A stretch of 64,000 nt of DNA, from NCBI RefSeq assembly GCF_006345805.1, contig NC_043003.1:51584001-51648000 (forward strand), read 5' to 3'. The translations under genes and the position numbers were made by a program. Below the pieces are notes generated by a model that did not search any database, had not been told where the DNA came from, and worked only from the letters and a program-made list of their open reading frames with translations. This stretch comes from Octopus sinensis (Eukaryota). Positions 38,912 through 51,600 of the stretch are shown one piece after another (the first letter of the stretch is position 1; every line of letters starts with the position of its first letter).

Positions 38912-39135
38912 TAGAGCTGGCAGAAACGTTAGCACGCCGGGCGAAAAGCTTAGAGGTATTTTGTCTGTCTTTACGTTCTGAGTTCAAATTCCGCCGAGGT
39001 CGACTTTGCCTTTCATCCTTTCAGGGTCGATAAATTAAGTACCAGTTACACACTGGGGTTGATCTAATCGGCTTAATCCCTTCGTCTGTCTTTGTTTGTT
39101 CCCTCTGTGTTTAGCCCCTTGTGGGCAATAAAGAA
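38912..39135 (+). mobile_element. tRNA-derived SINE family C (other copies 40860-41085 +, 46050-46260 +, 46320-46500 -, 46950-47165 +, 51025-51235 +)
   Basis: gagctggcagaaacgttagcacgccgggcgaaa...gagttcaaattccgccgaggtcgactttgcctttcatcc. Confidence 0.85.
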
Positions 39136-39509
39136 ATAAGAAATAGAAACCAAATATTCTTCAGACCACAAACTGCTGTCTGAAATAGAGGGAAGGAGCA
39201 TGAAACACTGGACAAGGCCACATTTGGCAAAATAATCATAAATATGCAAAAAGGTAGGATGATCACTAGCAGAACGTCTTGCTTAATTAATAGGCCTGTT
39301 CTGACGGACTGACAAAGGACCAAAGACTGACATACGACCGTAAAGGAAGTGTGTGTGTGTGTATATTTGATGTTTTCTTCTTCCTGTCTTTAATAGTGCG
39401 TAGAAGGAGTTTGTGATGCATGAAAAGTAGAGACGATGTAGGAACATTAAATGTTTTGGTTAACTGGAAAGTTCCTACAAGACCTGTTATATTTTCCTTC
39501 TTGATACAG

Positions 39510-39830
39510 GGCGCAGGCGTGGCTGTGTGGTAAGAAGTTTGCTTCCCAAACACATGGTGCTGGGTTCAATCCCAAGGCCAATCAAAACCGTGTGAGTGGA
39601 TTTGGGGGACAGAAACTGAAAAAAGAAATCCTGTCGTACATGTGTGTATGTGTGTGCTTCCACCGCTTGACAACCGGTATTGTTTTACGTCCCAGTAACT
39701 TAGAGGTTCGGCAAAAAAGACCGATAGGATAAGTAGCAGACTTTAAATAAATACTGAAGGCGATGATTTCGACTAAAAGTCCTTCAAGACGGTGCTCCAG
39801 CATGGCCACACACCAGTAACTGAGGCAAGT
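39510..39830 (+). mobile_element. SINE family A
   Basis: ggcgtggctgtgtggtaag...gggttcaatccc, then the 3' module. Confidence 0.8.
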
Positions 39831-40253
39831 AGAAGAAAAAGTGAAGCTGAATGGGCCAAAGTAAAGAATACGCACACCGGGTGTTTAGGGTTAGAGTTTT
39901 TGTTACGCCGAAAACTGGTAGTGTACTTATTCTTTACCTCCGCTGATGTTTTTGTTTTAACCCACAAACCAAACTTGATCGAGTAGACTTATGATCAAAG
40001 ACAGCTATGGGTAACTCACTTTTTCCTTAGGAAAAAAAAGTAGGCTGTGATTAGAAGATTTGACTGTTGTTTTTAGCACGTCGAGCTACCACATGCAGAT
40101 TCTCTCATCCGTTCTCGAGTACGTCCGATATCATGTAAACACGATACCAGCTGTGCTTTGTTAAATGTTTGTGAGTGAAAAAAAAACACTATTAACGTGT
40201 ATTTATCTCTCCCTTACACACACACACTCACTCAAATATTAGAGTGTGAATGA

Positions 40254-40298
<45 letters not shown>

Positions 40299-41787
40299 AG
40301 CATTAAAGTTCTTTAAACCATCATACCTACGGCCAAATTATGACACTAACTTCATTGGCAGCTGCTCTATATTGTTGATGTCCGTCTCTCAGTGGCCGCT
40401 GATAAGGTTAGAAATTGCAATTAAAAATCATTGAAATCACACACTACTGTCTCAAATAAATGAAGGACACACATTAGAGAGATGTAATCGTAGATAGCAC
40501 TAAAAAAACCCTTTTGATCATAAGCCTGTTCGATCAAGACAGACTTACAGCTTAAACAATAACAATCAATTTTGAGTGTTATACTGCAGGTGTCCGTTTT
40601 TTTAGCGTTTATAGAAACACAACTAAGACCGCTTGGCTAGCGATCAATCACCCTTGGCATGCAGACACTATTGAACATCATTGCAGACGCGTACATACGT
40701 GACTTAATATCCAACAAGTCTACGCATACACACAGACAAACATAGTATTCATGATAATCGAAGTCGGTTAAGGATTTTCCAAAGAAAGCTGCATTCATCC
40801 TCACGCCGCCGATCATTCAGTTCGAAGTGGTGTGATGCCGACAATTATTTGACCCCCATAAGGCGGCGGACTGGCAGAAACGTTAGCACGCCGGGCGAAA
40901 TACTTAACAGCATTTCGTCTGTCTTTACGTTCTGAGTTCAAATTCCACCGAGGACAGCTTTACCTTTCATCCTTTCGGGGTCGATAAATTAAGTACCATT
41001 TGCGTACTGGAGTCGATCCAATCGGTTGCCCCCCCCCAACCCCACCCAAAAAAATTTCGGGCCTTGCGCCTAGAGCAGAAAATATTAATATTTAACCCCA
41101 AGTCAAGCCGAATAGAGCAGACAGATCTATGTTCGAAGGCAATGTTCCTTCAGACGTAAATTACATTTACAAACTACATTATCCAACTTGTATTTTTTTT
41201 CGTTTTAGAGACAGTACCGAATAATTTGAGGCGAATGTATATTACTATATTTAACAGATCTTGAAAAAGAATCACACGTTTGCTCGCGTTTTCCTCCCAG
41301 CTCATCCCTAAGCGAGCAAGCCTATATTTAAAGCTGTACCAATCATAATCATCCCACTTTCTCTTAGAGATGTCGAAGACTACCAATGTAGCCGGCTGTT
41401 TTCGTGAATAAAGAGTGTGAAGCGTGAGATTTGGTTGCTTTTTCTCGTAGGTCGAGTGACGACATAGTGGCTGCCATCAATGGGAGGTGGGCCAGTTATT
41501 TGCTTACATTCTAACAATGTCGGTAATCAATCATAAGAACTTGTAACTTGTATACAAAATTAAGCTGTCACTACATTTACTGAAAGTGGATGCATTAGTA
41601 AAATGTGGTATGATCCATGTCTATACATACTATATACACACGCATATATGTGCGTATATATAAATATATATAGTCAGTAATTTAAACATCCATTCAAAGG
41701 GATATTTTCTCGCAACGTCACCACTTAGTGTATAATATATTAGACATGAATGCATATAGTAAGTACGCATGCAAGCACTCATATGAT

Positions 41788-41823
<36 letters not shown>

Positions 41824-43035
41824 TACCGCTTAACGTCTCATATATCAGAAACTTAATCTCGATATGGATATATTGCATACACAATGCATTTTTGTGATTT
41901 CGTTCAAGCACATTCCAACCGTGACACTCCAATCCGCCTTGGTAGGGATGAAAACTAGGACTATATTTACGTTCACTTTTTCTTAATAGCGATTTAGTCG
42001 CTATTTCTAGTAGGTCAAGTGAGAGGGTTGTGTAGAAGCTTCTTCGTTGACTCCCAAACAACCCCCAACAACACAAAGAAGGACTCCCTTCGTTAGTCGA
42101 TCTGCCAGAAATAGCCACCAATTCCTTCAAATCATACCGTATCGTTGCGATTTGAGGGCTGTTCGAGGAAGGACAGACATTGGAGAGTGCAGATATGTGT
42201 GACGATTATGAGACGAACTGGTTACAGCTGAGTTAACCTGACCCTAAACACAAAGCTAAAAAATCCGTCTGGCAAAAGAAACATTTAACAGTAACAATAT
42301 CAACACCACTGCCAACAACAACAAATGCAGCCCCCCCCCCCCCACCTAAAATGGCAGTGAGGAGAGATCATGATGATTATATGTAAGATGAAGTGGTAAA
42401 ACTAGCCAATGTGGTTTGGACGTATTAAGTTTTCTGTGTCTGCGTCTGCGCGTGTTTATATACACATTAAAAGTATCAAGAGCTATACGCAAGCATATAC
42501 ACACATTGAGGTCAATGTATGTAGCACATACGTATGTATGACGTGAGTATATGTACGTACGCATGTGTGAGTGTGTATATATATATATATACACATACAT
42601 ACATAGACACACGTTAGCATATGTACAAATCCATATGTAAGGGGTGAAATGGGTCAATAGCTACTACAAAAAAAATTGGTGTGTTTAATTAAATTAAGAA
42701 ACGTTAAAGCCTTTACAAATTTTTCAGTACCATAGCAAAGAAAGAAAAATCATAAAGAGCAACTTGTTTTTTGTCTAGCTTTTTTTTTCTTTGCTCCTCC
42801 ACTTTCTTACCGGTAGGGGTGGGGAGCAAAATATTCACCCTAATATTTTGGTGGTGATGATGTTGGGCCTTGTATTTGTGAATTTAAGAATCACTCGACT
42901 AATCTCTACATTGTATGGTGTATATAAAATATACCTACAAATCGATATGTTGTATTTGTGATGAATGAGGATACTCGGGAAACTCAGAATAGTTAAGAAT
43001 ATTCTCAACATTACGTCCACACAATGTTTGCTTAT

Positions 43036-43084
<49 letters not shown>

Positions 43085-45043
43085 CATACATACATACATA
43101 CTCAACCGTTGGTGTGTGACATATTTTGAATTCTTTATTATAATCATTAACATTACCATAATCATCCCTAACTGATATTGTGATAACTGTCACCATTAGT
43201 ATTGCTGTTATAGCAAGAAACCTATATTGCTAAAGACAGACATAATTGATAGTGTCGGACAAAATGGTTTGCACCAATTAAATCATGTCCCGTTTCCCAT
43301 ATGTAAGTTCGAATCCGGCAGCAAGCAAAATCGCTTGTGGTTATATAATTACATACCAAATTTTGCTCAGGATGGATATCATCAACTTATAATGAGTTAA
43401 GATTTGTGTTTAATAATGATCTCTAACTTAAGCAGTTAATAATATATCTTTGGGGGAAATGCAAACTGTCACGGCTTCTCATTTCTTGAAAAAAAAAAAA
43501 TTAAATAACCTTTTCAAAGTACATGTCTATGTATGAAATAATACTAATCGATCCGAAACCGCTTTTGTCGAAGAACGAGACTAAATGAAGAAAATATCAG
43601 TATACTGAAAAGATGGTGGTGGTGATGAGGAGGAGGTTCCGTGGTGGGGACGAGGGAGGTCTAGTGATGTTTACAACTGAGACACACAGACAGACAACGT
43701 CTGATCTGACATATATTAAAAGACGACAAACTTCACTCACCCATATTCATGCAATAATTAAACATATTTTAGCTGTGAATGTTGAAAAAAAATAATGCCT
43801 GCATAATTACATATGTATCTAATTAAAGCAGGGACCTAATCAATAGTCTATATATTACTAATTAGTAACAAAAGAAAATCTTAAAGCTGTCTCTAAACAG
43901 AGAAATAGTGTCACTTGTTACGTAGTTAGAAGTGTGAAGAATGTGTACCTCGTCCATTTGGATGAGTCTTTCACTGTTACAGTTACAATACGGATATATT
44001 TAATATAGGGTGCATATGAAACGAAAGCACTTTTTCCCCGTAGTCCTAAATCAAACGGTTCACAGTCCAAGTATGTCCCTCCCACAAAAAGCAGGAAACT
44101 AGAGAGTTAAACTAAATAATGGCCAGGGCGTATTCTTATAAAGAATGTTGGATGTGAATAGAATTAAAAACTAGAGCGTTACACATGAAGACATCAACAA
44201 ACACATACACATATACACACAGTAATAGAAATACACGTATCAGTAAATATATATCACTAAGAAATAATACACACGTATACATACATCAAGAAAAATACAT
44301 ATACGTACGCATAAGATTTACATATACACCAATACAGAATTTACTATATATATATATATAATATACAGCATTCGAGTAACTTCTCACTCGTCGAGAAAGC
44401 CGAAAACTAATACTAACCTTTCTTTCTACAGACTAATAATTACACACACAGGCACATACATCAACAGCTTATATGCGTGTCAACAAGACATTCATAATAA
44501 TGCATATACATACACATGTGTATATGCTTAAATTAATTTTACATGCTAGGCACAAAGATTCTTAGTATTTTCAACTACACACATAATTATGACATTCATA
44601 AAAATACACGCATTCCTCACCCGTTATTATTTATCGAAGAATTTGTTAAATGTCATCTCGGTCTTCTATCGACAGAAGTACCAAAAAGCATGAGATAAAC
44701 AAATATATATATTGTACATAAGTATATATAAAGCTTTTAGGATACCAATTATGAAAAAATAATTAACACTAAGTGGAAGGTGAAATCTCATTATAATATA
44801 TACATGAGTGTGTATGTATATACACGGATACACACATATTAGGGGTGACTCTTGGTACTTAAGCCAGAGAATACAATTTTAAAGGCTATAACTAAAGTAG
44901 GTTTCATTTAGTCGTCTACCATAAGTGAAATTTTTTTATTTAATTGCATTCTCTTAGATATCTTAGGCATGCATTGCCTTCATGCACACCACACACATAA
45001 TATCGTCTGTTTTTTATGGACTTCATTAACAATCCTGTTCTGC

Positions 45044-45352
45044 CTATTTTGATACCACCCAGTTTTGCAGCATCTTTCTGTTTAAGTCGCACTTGCAATA
45101 CGGTTGCCAGTGGCCGTTAAGCAGCGTTGTGATGATGGGTACAAAAACCGAAGGGTCCAGCGAGTTCAAAAAGTACGTTACCGGGAACTGGGGATAGTAT
45201 ATAGGTGACTGAGGGGGGAAAATGTCGATAAAGAAGCAAACAGACAAACAAAGAAGAAAAGAAAATTAAAACAAAAATACAGTGAGAATTACCTGGCACA
45301 TAATAATAATAACAGCGACAAATCGGAGGAGACTAGAAGATTGTAGCATCAT
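45044..45352 (-). CDS. Candidate two-exon secreted micropeptide (67 or 74 aa): exon 45352-45293 plus exon 45187/45208-45044
   Basis: ATG-MMLQSSSLLRFVAVIIIMCQ ends in CAG|GTAATT (phase 0); long polypyrimidine tract and two in-frame AG acceptors; open to TAG; AATAAA at 44940-44935; CCAAT-like sites at 45772 and 45831. No homolog recognised. Confidence 0.4.
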
Positions 45353-46569
45353 TGACAAGCTCTCTAGTAATGAAGACTTGTTTACTACTTTCTATTTACG
45401 GTAGACAGTAAGTGCTACGATTTAGTTGGAAGATAATGGTGCTTGAAAGTCTTATTAGTTTAAGCTTTTTTTATATATATATGTTTGTCTATCCCGTAGG
45501 TCTGTTTGACAGTCTCGTCTCAACCAAAATCAGCACCACTACCACTAAAGCTAATACTGAAAACAATGGTGTCGCCCACCACCACCACCAACAACAATGC
45601 GACTACTTCAATACTGCTACTGTAACTACTACTACTACTACTACCACTACTCAAAACAATTCTTCTTCCCCCCTCATCTCACCCTAGACCTCTGTCTATC
45701 ATACCAACTCCACTTCTATTTTTATCACTACTACAACAACTAAGTATTTTAACTGTTCAAATGGGAAATAAATTGGTTGTGCTATGAAGAAGAGCAAAAG
45801 TTTAACGTTTCGGATATTTTATGATTGAGTCCAATGAGCGCAGTAATTAAATTCTCTAGCTTCTTTTTTTAAAGTTGTTGCCTTTTTGCTTACAAAGGCT
45901 TACTTTCGTTGGTTTATTATTTAACAGTCAGTGGCACATTTGAAAGAGTGACAAAAAAATTGAGCTATGTAGTTGTCTCCCTTCTTTTACACAGGATCAA
46001 TTTTATTGAAATGAATATTCACCTCTAAAAAAATATTGGGGCTTGGCACCACAACTTAAAAATTATTAATATTGCGGATAGGGTAGTGGATTGGTAGATT
46101 CGTTGGAATATCGGACAAAATGCATTGCGGTGTTTGTTCTAGCTCGTTAAGAGGTCAAATTTATCTTTTGCTCTTCCGGGTTCGATAAAACTCTATCAGT
46201 CAGCTACTGGAGATCAATATATTCGACTGTTCCCTGACCTTGTACCTAAATTAGAAATAATAATTATTATTTAAAAATTATTATTATCATTTTTACTGTT
46301 TCGGATGAAGTATCAGAGTCGCTGAAGTGTCGGGAAAAAATGCCGACCGGTATTTTTTCCAGCTCTATAAATTCTGTGCAAACCCCAACCGAAGTCAACT
46401 TTGCATTTAATTATTCCAAAGTCGATAAAATAAAGTTCTGGCCAAGCACAATGGTCGATTTTATCGACAACCCCACCACCACCATCCCCCACTATACACG
46501 CACACACAAAATCATGGGTTCGTGCTTATGTTAGAGGCGAGATGGCAGAGTCGTTAGTTTTCAGGCTGG

Positions 46570-46910
46570 ATTCCCAAGTGTGATCAAAAGAGACTATGGA
46601 CATTATCCAAACGCCTTGTACTTAGTCCACCCCTAGGTCTTCTGCCAGTTAACGTAGTTTGAAGAATCTGTCTTGCAATCATTCCAGTGACATTTTAACC
46701 ACATTCCAAAGCATTGGAACTGTGTCCTCTCGATGTAGTGGTTCCATCTGAAAGGACTTCCTGATCTCCAAGCTATGCACCCTATCAAGTAACATTTCTC
46801 CAGTGATCCTTTGGAGGAATCCCATTTTGGCTGTTGGTGTTTGCAATCATATTCTTTCAGTCATTACCCAACGTTCACGATCATAGGTGAGAATAGGGAC
46901 AAAAACCAAA
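46570..46910 (-). mobile_element. 3' ORF remnant of a second RTE (BovB-like) family
   Basis: The minus strand shows decayed ILTYDHERWVMTE..., LRWFG-like and GRRPRGGLSTRR segments. Confidence 0.6.
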
Positions 46911-47469
46911 CAGAAGATAGCATGTTTGGTTTTTTTACTGATCTCCCATAAAGGTGGTGACCTGGCAGAAACGTTAGCCCACTGGGCGAAATACTTCGCA
47001 GTATTTCATGTCTTTACATTCTGAGTTCAAATTCAAGTGAAGTCAGCTTTGCCTTTCATTCATTCGAGGTCAATAAATTAAGTACCAGTTGTGTAATGGG
47101 GTCGATTTCATTGACTAGCCACCTCCCCCAAAATTTCGGGCCTTTTGCCTAGAGTAGAAAAGATTACTGCGCCAGCACCTGCAATTCTGTGAGGACACAT
47201 AGTTCAGTGGTTAGAGCATAGGGCTCACTATCATGAGGTTGTGAGTTTGATTCCTAGACTGGGCTGTTTGTTGTGTTCTTGAGCCAGGTACTTTATTTCA
47301 TATTGCTCCAGTTCATTCAACTGAGTAGCAACATCACTGGTGTCAAGTTGTATATGTCTTTGCCTTACCCTTGGATAACATCAGTAGCACGAAGAGGAGA
47401 GGCTGGTATGCTTGGGTGATTGCTGGTCTTCTATAAATAATCTTGCCCAGACTTGTGTCTCAGAGGGGA

Positions 47470-47840
47470 AGCTGGAGCACCACCTTTAGTCGAACAAATC
47501 GACCCCAGGACCTATTCTTTGAAAGCCTAGTACTTATTCTATTGGTCTCTTTTGCCAAACTGCTAAGTTACGGGGACGTAAACACACCAGCATCAGTTGT
47601 CAAGCGATGTTGGGTGGGGACAAACACAGACACACAAACATATACACACACACATATATATATACATATATACGATGGGCTTCTTTCAGTTTCCATCTAC
47701 CAAATCCACTCACAAGGCTTTGGTTACCCCGAGGCTATAAGAGAAAACACTTGCCCAAGGTGCCATGCGATGGGATTGAACCCCGAACCATCTAGTTCGT
47801 AAGCAAGCTACTTACCACACAGCCACTCCTACGCCTATAG
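47470..47840 (-). mobile_element. SINE family A
   Basis: Reverse complement of 19019-19410; directly abuts an E-family copy at 47205-47470. Confidence 0.85.
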
Positions 47841-48474
47841 AAACTCTGTCTTGATAAATTCCTTCCAACCTATGTAAACATGGAAAAGTGAATGTTAAAA
47901 TGATGATGATGGTGGTGGTGATGATGGTTCTAGTTCCTTCACTTTCTAACTATGTCATATACACTCTACATATGTACATAGCCATAACCCATACATATAT
48001 TGCCCACTTTTTCCATCTTGCACGGGCCCATTATCAGTTGAAATAAGACCTGTATTCAGCTTTGCATGAACCTGCTTGACTGTGCAAAGAAAGTTATTCT
48101 TTGCTGAGAAGTTAACAGGAGGACTAAAACTTTTCGTTTCCTTCTGTGTTTACTGGGTAAAAAAAAAAAAAAAATAATATTAATCATTGACAAATAGGTT
48201 GCTTTTTTTTACTCGCTACTTATTTATTTTTAGATTTTTTAATGCTTCATGGATTAAATATGTTAAAGCTAACTCATATACAATTTACCAGGTTGTCAGG
48301 GCACCTCCCTGACTGGAAGTTAACTCTATAATGCCCATTGTTAATAATTCTTGATGCTTCAGTAACTTCACTCTAAAGATTCTTTATATTTAACCCTTTA
48401 GCATTTAAGTCCAAATTTTCTTCTTGTCTTATGTTCAAACAGGCCAGATCAGGCCTCTAAAAACTACACTTGGT

Positions 48475-48800
48475 CATCATCATCATCATCATCATCATTT
48501 AACATCCATGTTACAAGCTAGCATGGGTGGGGCAGTACCACAAGAGCTGGCCAGGCAAAAGCCTGCACCAGACTTCTGTGACAGTTTTGGCAGGATTTTT
48601 ACAGCTGGATGCCCTTCTTAACACCAACCACTCAGCAGAGTGGACTTAGTGCTTTACATGTGGGACAAGCACAGGCAAGGTGATTAGTACTTTTTACATG
48701 GCACAAGCACAGGCAAGGTGATTAGTACTTTTTACATGGCACAAGCACAGGTGAGGTCGTTTTGGCATAGTTTTTACAGCTGGATGCCCTTCTGAACAAC
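48475..48800 (-). mobile_element. RTE 3' tail with a 39-bp internal repeat
   Basis: (CAT)n start, ggatgccctt motif, acatggcacaagcacaggcaaggtgattagtactttt repeated. Confidence 0.7.
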
Positions 48801-48824
48801 CACTTTTCAATAAACAATCAATAA

Positions 48825-49178
48825 TAATAAGCGCACTCAGAGAGCACAAACCTCCACCAAGGTGACATCAACGACCTCTCAACGATTAGCCAGAGACGAT
48901 TTTTAAAATAAGAATGTTTGAAATAAACTCAACTACTCGCACATACAAGAATACTAAAAATGAACCCGACTGCTCTCAAAAGTTAAGTAAAAAACAGGAA
49001 AAATAATCCAGAATCCTTGTCTGGCACTAGATCAATCCCAAAATCTAATAAGTTCGTGCCAGTCACAAGGTCAAACATCCCTGAAAGTTTCATCTGAATC
49101 CATCCAGCAGTTCTTGAGATATCTTGTACACAAACAAACACAACTGAAAACAATACTTCGCTAAGGCAGAGGTAATAA
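48825..49178 (-). mobile_element. Helentron/HINE-like non-autonomous element
   Basis: The minus strand starts tattacctctgcc and ends ccttggtggaggtttgtgctctctgagtgc (subterminal inverted repeat), with a gtttgtttgt tract and gatggattcagatgaaactttcaggga. Confidence 0.65.
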
Positions 49179-49184
49179 TAATGA

Positions 49185-49480
49185 AATTATTGTGTATAGT
49201 GCACTATAACTTATCAAAGTTGCATCTATGTTACATAGAATTATGTACAAAAGTCAGGAAAGTAAATTGTGTATGAGTCATGATATACATCTGTGCATGC
49301 ATATGGAGGGAGGAGATATCAGGTGTAGTGTTGGCGAATTTCAGGAAGCACAGAGGTTTTAAAGGATGCAATGTCTCAGCAACTAACAACTTATGCAGGT
49401 AGTTTGCTCCATGCTTCAGCAGCTCTGAGTATGAAAAAATGTTTCCGAAAGTCATGGGAGCTGTACTGTTTTTCTGTTTT
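49185..49480 (-). mobile_element. CR1/L2-type LINE 3' end
   Basis: Same family as 55205-55590; the minus strand reads ...SHDFRKHFFILRAAEAWSKLPA. Confidence 0.75.
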
Positions 49481-49609
49481 TCATATCATTGAAATCTCAA
49501 AGCTACAAGATAATGCATGAATAATTCAAAACAATATGAATCAGTAAGCATTACATTTGACAGAGTAATCTGGGTGATAAAGGGTCAAACAAGATTATTA
49601 TATGCATGA

Positions 49610-50015
49610 AATGCACAGGAGTAGCCGTGTGGTAAGTAGCTTGCTTACCAGCCACATGGTTCCGGGTTCAGTCCCACTGCATGGTACTTTGGGTAAGTGT
49701 CTACTACTATAGCTTCAGGCTGACCATAGCCTTGTGAGTGGATTTGGTAGACGGAAACTGAAAGATGCCCATCATATATGTGTGTGTGTGTGTATGTATG
49801 TTCGTGTGTCTGTGTTTGTCCCCCCAACATCACTTGACAACCGATGCTGGTGTGTTTACATCCTCGTGATTTAGCAGTTCAGCAAAAGTGACTGATAGAA
49901 TAAGTACTAGGCTTACAAACAATAAGTCCTGGGATTGATTTGCTTGACTAAAGGTGGTGCTCCAGCATAGCTGCAGTCAAATAACTGAAACAAGTAAAAG
50001 AATACAAGAAAAAAA
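49610..50015 (+). mobile_element. SINE family A, full length
   Basis: Head, (TG) tract and 3' module all present. Confidence 0.88.
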
Positions 50016-50204
50016 AAGAATATGCAAGCAGTCATAAGATCTGTTCTTTGCTGGAGAATTATCAACATTTGAATAATTATCATATTACTAGTTGCAGTCA
50101 TTTGACTGCGGCCAAATGTTTTAGTCAATCATATTGGTTCCAACATTTAGTTCAGTCTGGTATTTATTTTATCAATTCCTATTTATTGAACTGATAAGTT
50201 ATGG

Positions 50205-50268
50205 AACATAAAGGGATCTAAACAACATAAAGGGATCTAAACAACATAAAGGGATCTAAACAACATAA
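50205..50268 (+). repeat. 19-bp tandem repeat, three copies
   Basis: aacataaagggatctaaac repeated perfectly. Confidence 0.9.
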
Positions 50269-51279
50269 ACACACACACACACACATGGGTTTCAGCACAG
50301 TTTCTCTCTGCCAAATTCCACTCACATGCTATTTGATAACCTCGGGCCATATTAAAAGATACTTGCCCAAGGAGGCCATCCAGTGATATCAAATTTAGAA
50401 CAATGTAGTGTAGAGTGAGTTTCTTACCGCATGTCTGAGTAAAACAATTTAATCATTTATATGGAACACCTTACCTTTAAATAAGTTGAGCAAGTACAAC
50501 AATATTTTTCTTTTTATAGTTTTCAAGCATATTGTTAATTTAGGCATTATAGCATGAGACAATTTGTATTGTCATTGTTGCTCTTGAGTGACTATAACCA
50601 AGATACTTCATGTCTAATACACTTCCAAAGCTGGAAATAGGAATGACAAGGGGTCACAGGTCACACAGAATATATCTCAACGGTGTCTCAATAATTAAAT
50701 TTTTTGAATAAAATTCGGCCTGAACAGGAAATCCACATTATGTCATGTTAGAATTATTAAGAATAACACGACAGTTGCTGTATTCATAGACGTGTACACA
50801 ATACCAGCCTGAATTTGAACTAGGAATGCATTTAGCTTTAAATTAAGAGTAGTTAGTGGCATGGTGGACAAGACTGTTACTACACTTAGTTTAGAAATAA
50901 AAATTCATAGTTCAAATCCAGTCTGGTATTATGTATCTATCCATAAAGAAAACATCAGATGATGACAGAAGATCAAATTAATATAAATGCAGTGTAGATG
51001 GCAATATTAAATAATTGTTCTAAGGTGACGAGCTGGTAGAATCGTTAGTACATCAGGCTAAATGCTTAGCAGTATTTCATCCATCACTACAGAGTTCAAA
51101 GTCCACCAAGGTTGACTTAGCCTTTCATTCTTTCAGCGTCAATAAAATAGGTACCAGTTGAAGACTGGGGTCAATGTAATTGACTAACCCACTTCCCTGA
51201 AATTGCTGGCCTTGTGCCAAAATTCGAAACCAATATTAAATAATTGTTCCACCTTTATAAACGTTGTTAAAATAGTCCA

Positions 51280-51600
51280 AGCACGAGCATGGTGAAGAAG
51301 GTTGCTTAGTCCTACTGTGTGGTGTTTGGCTAAATGCCTTCTTCTATAGCTCTGGACCGACCAATTCCTTGTGAGTGAATTTGGTGGACAAAAACTGTGT
51401 GGAAGCCACCATATATATGTGTATGTATGTATGTGTGTGTGTGTGTTTTTGTGTCTGTGTTTAACCCACGCTGCCACCACTTGATAACTGGTGTTGGTTT
51501 GTTTACATCTCTGTAACTTAGTTCTTTGGCAAAAGAGACCAGTAGAAAATGTACCAAGCTTTAAAAAATAAGTATCGGTGTTGCAGTTCATAGATTAAAA
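51280..51600 (+). mobile_element. Diverged SINE family A
   Basis: ccttgtgagtgaatttgg...taacttagttctttggcaaaagagacc. Confidence 0.7.

Larger units (their letters stand above)
48390..49588. mobile_element. TTAA-CCCTTT MITE split by three nested insertions
   Basis: Left half 48390-48470 and right half 49485-49588 join to match the MITE at 3427-3620 and 11936-12165. Confidence 0.7.

Noticed and set aside
43600-43676. TRPPSSPPRNL resembling the Eph-receptor/FN3 boundary CTRPPSAPRN
   Set aside because: A stop follows after 14 residues and no other Eph or FN3 exon was seen; kept only as part of the exon chain.
44411-44431. TACTAAC branch point with pyrimidine tract and CAG on the plus strand
   Set aside because: The same bases read as an AAG|GTTAGT donor on the minus strand, and no open exon follows; ambiguous.
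45412-45687. 91-aa plus-strand ORF with poly-T/H/Q
   Set aside because: Trinucleotide repeats; the spliced upstream frame has a stop and no ATG.
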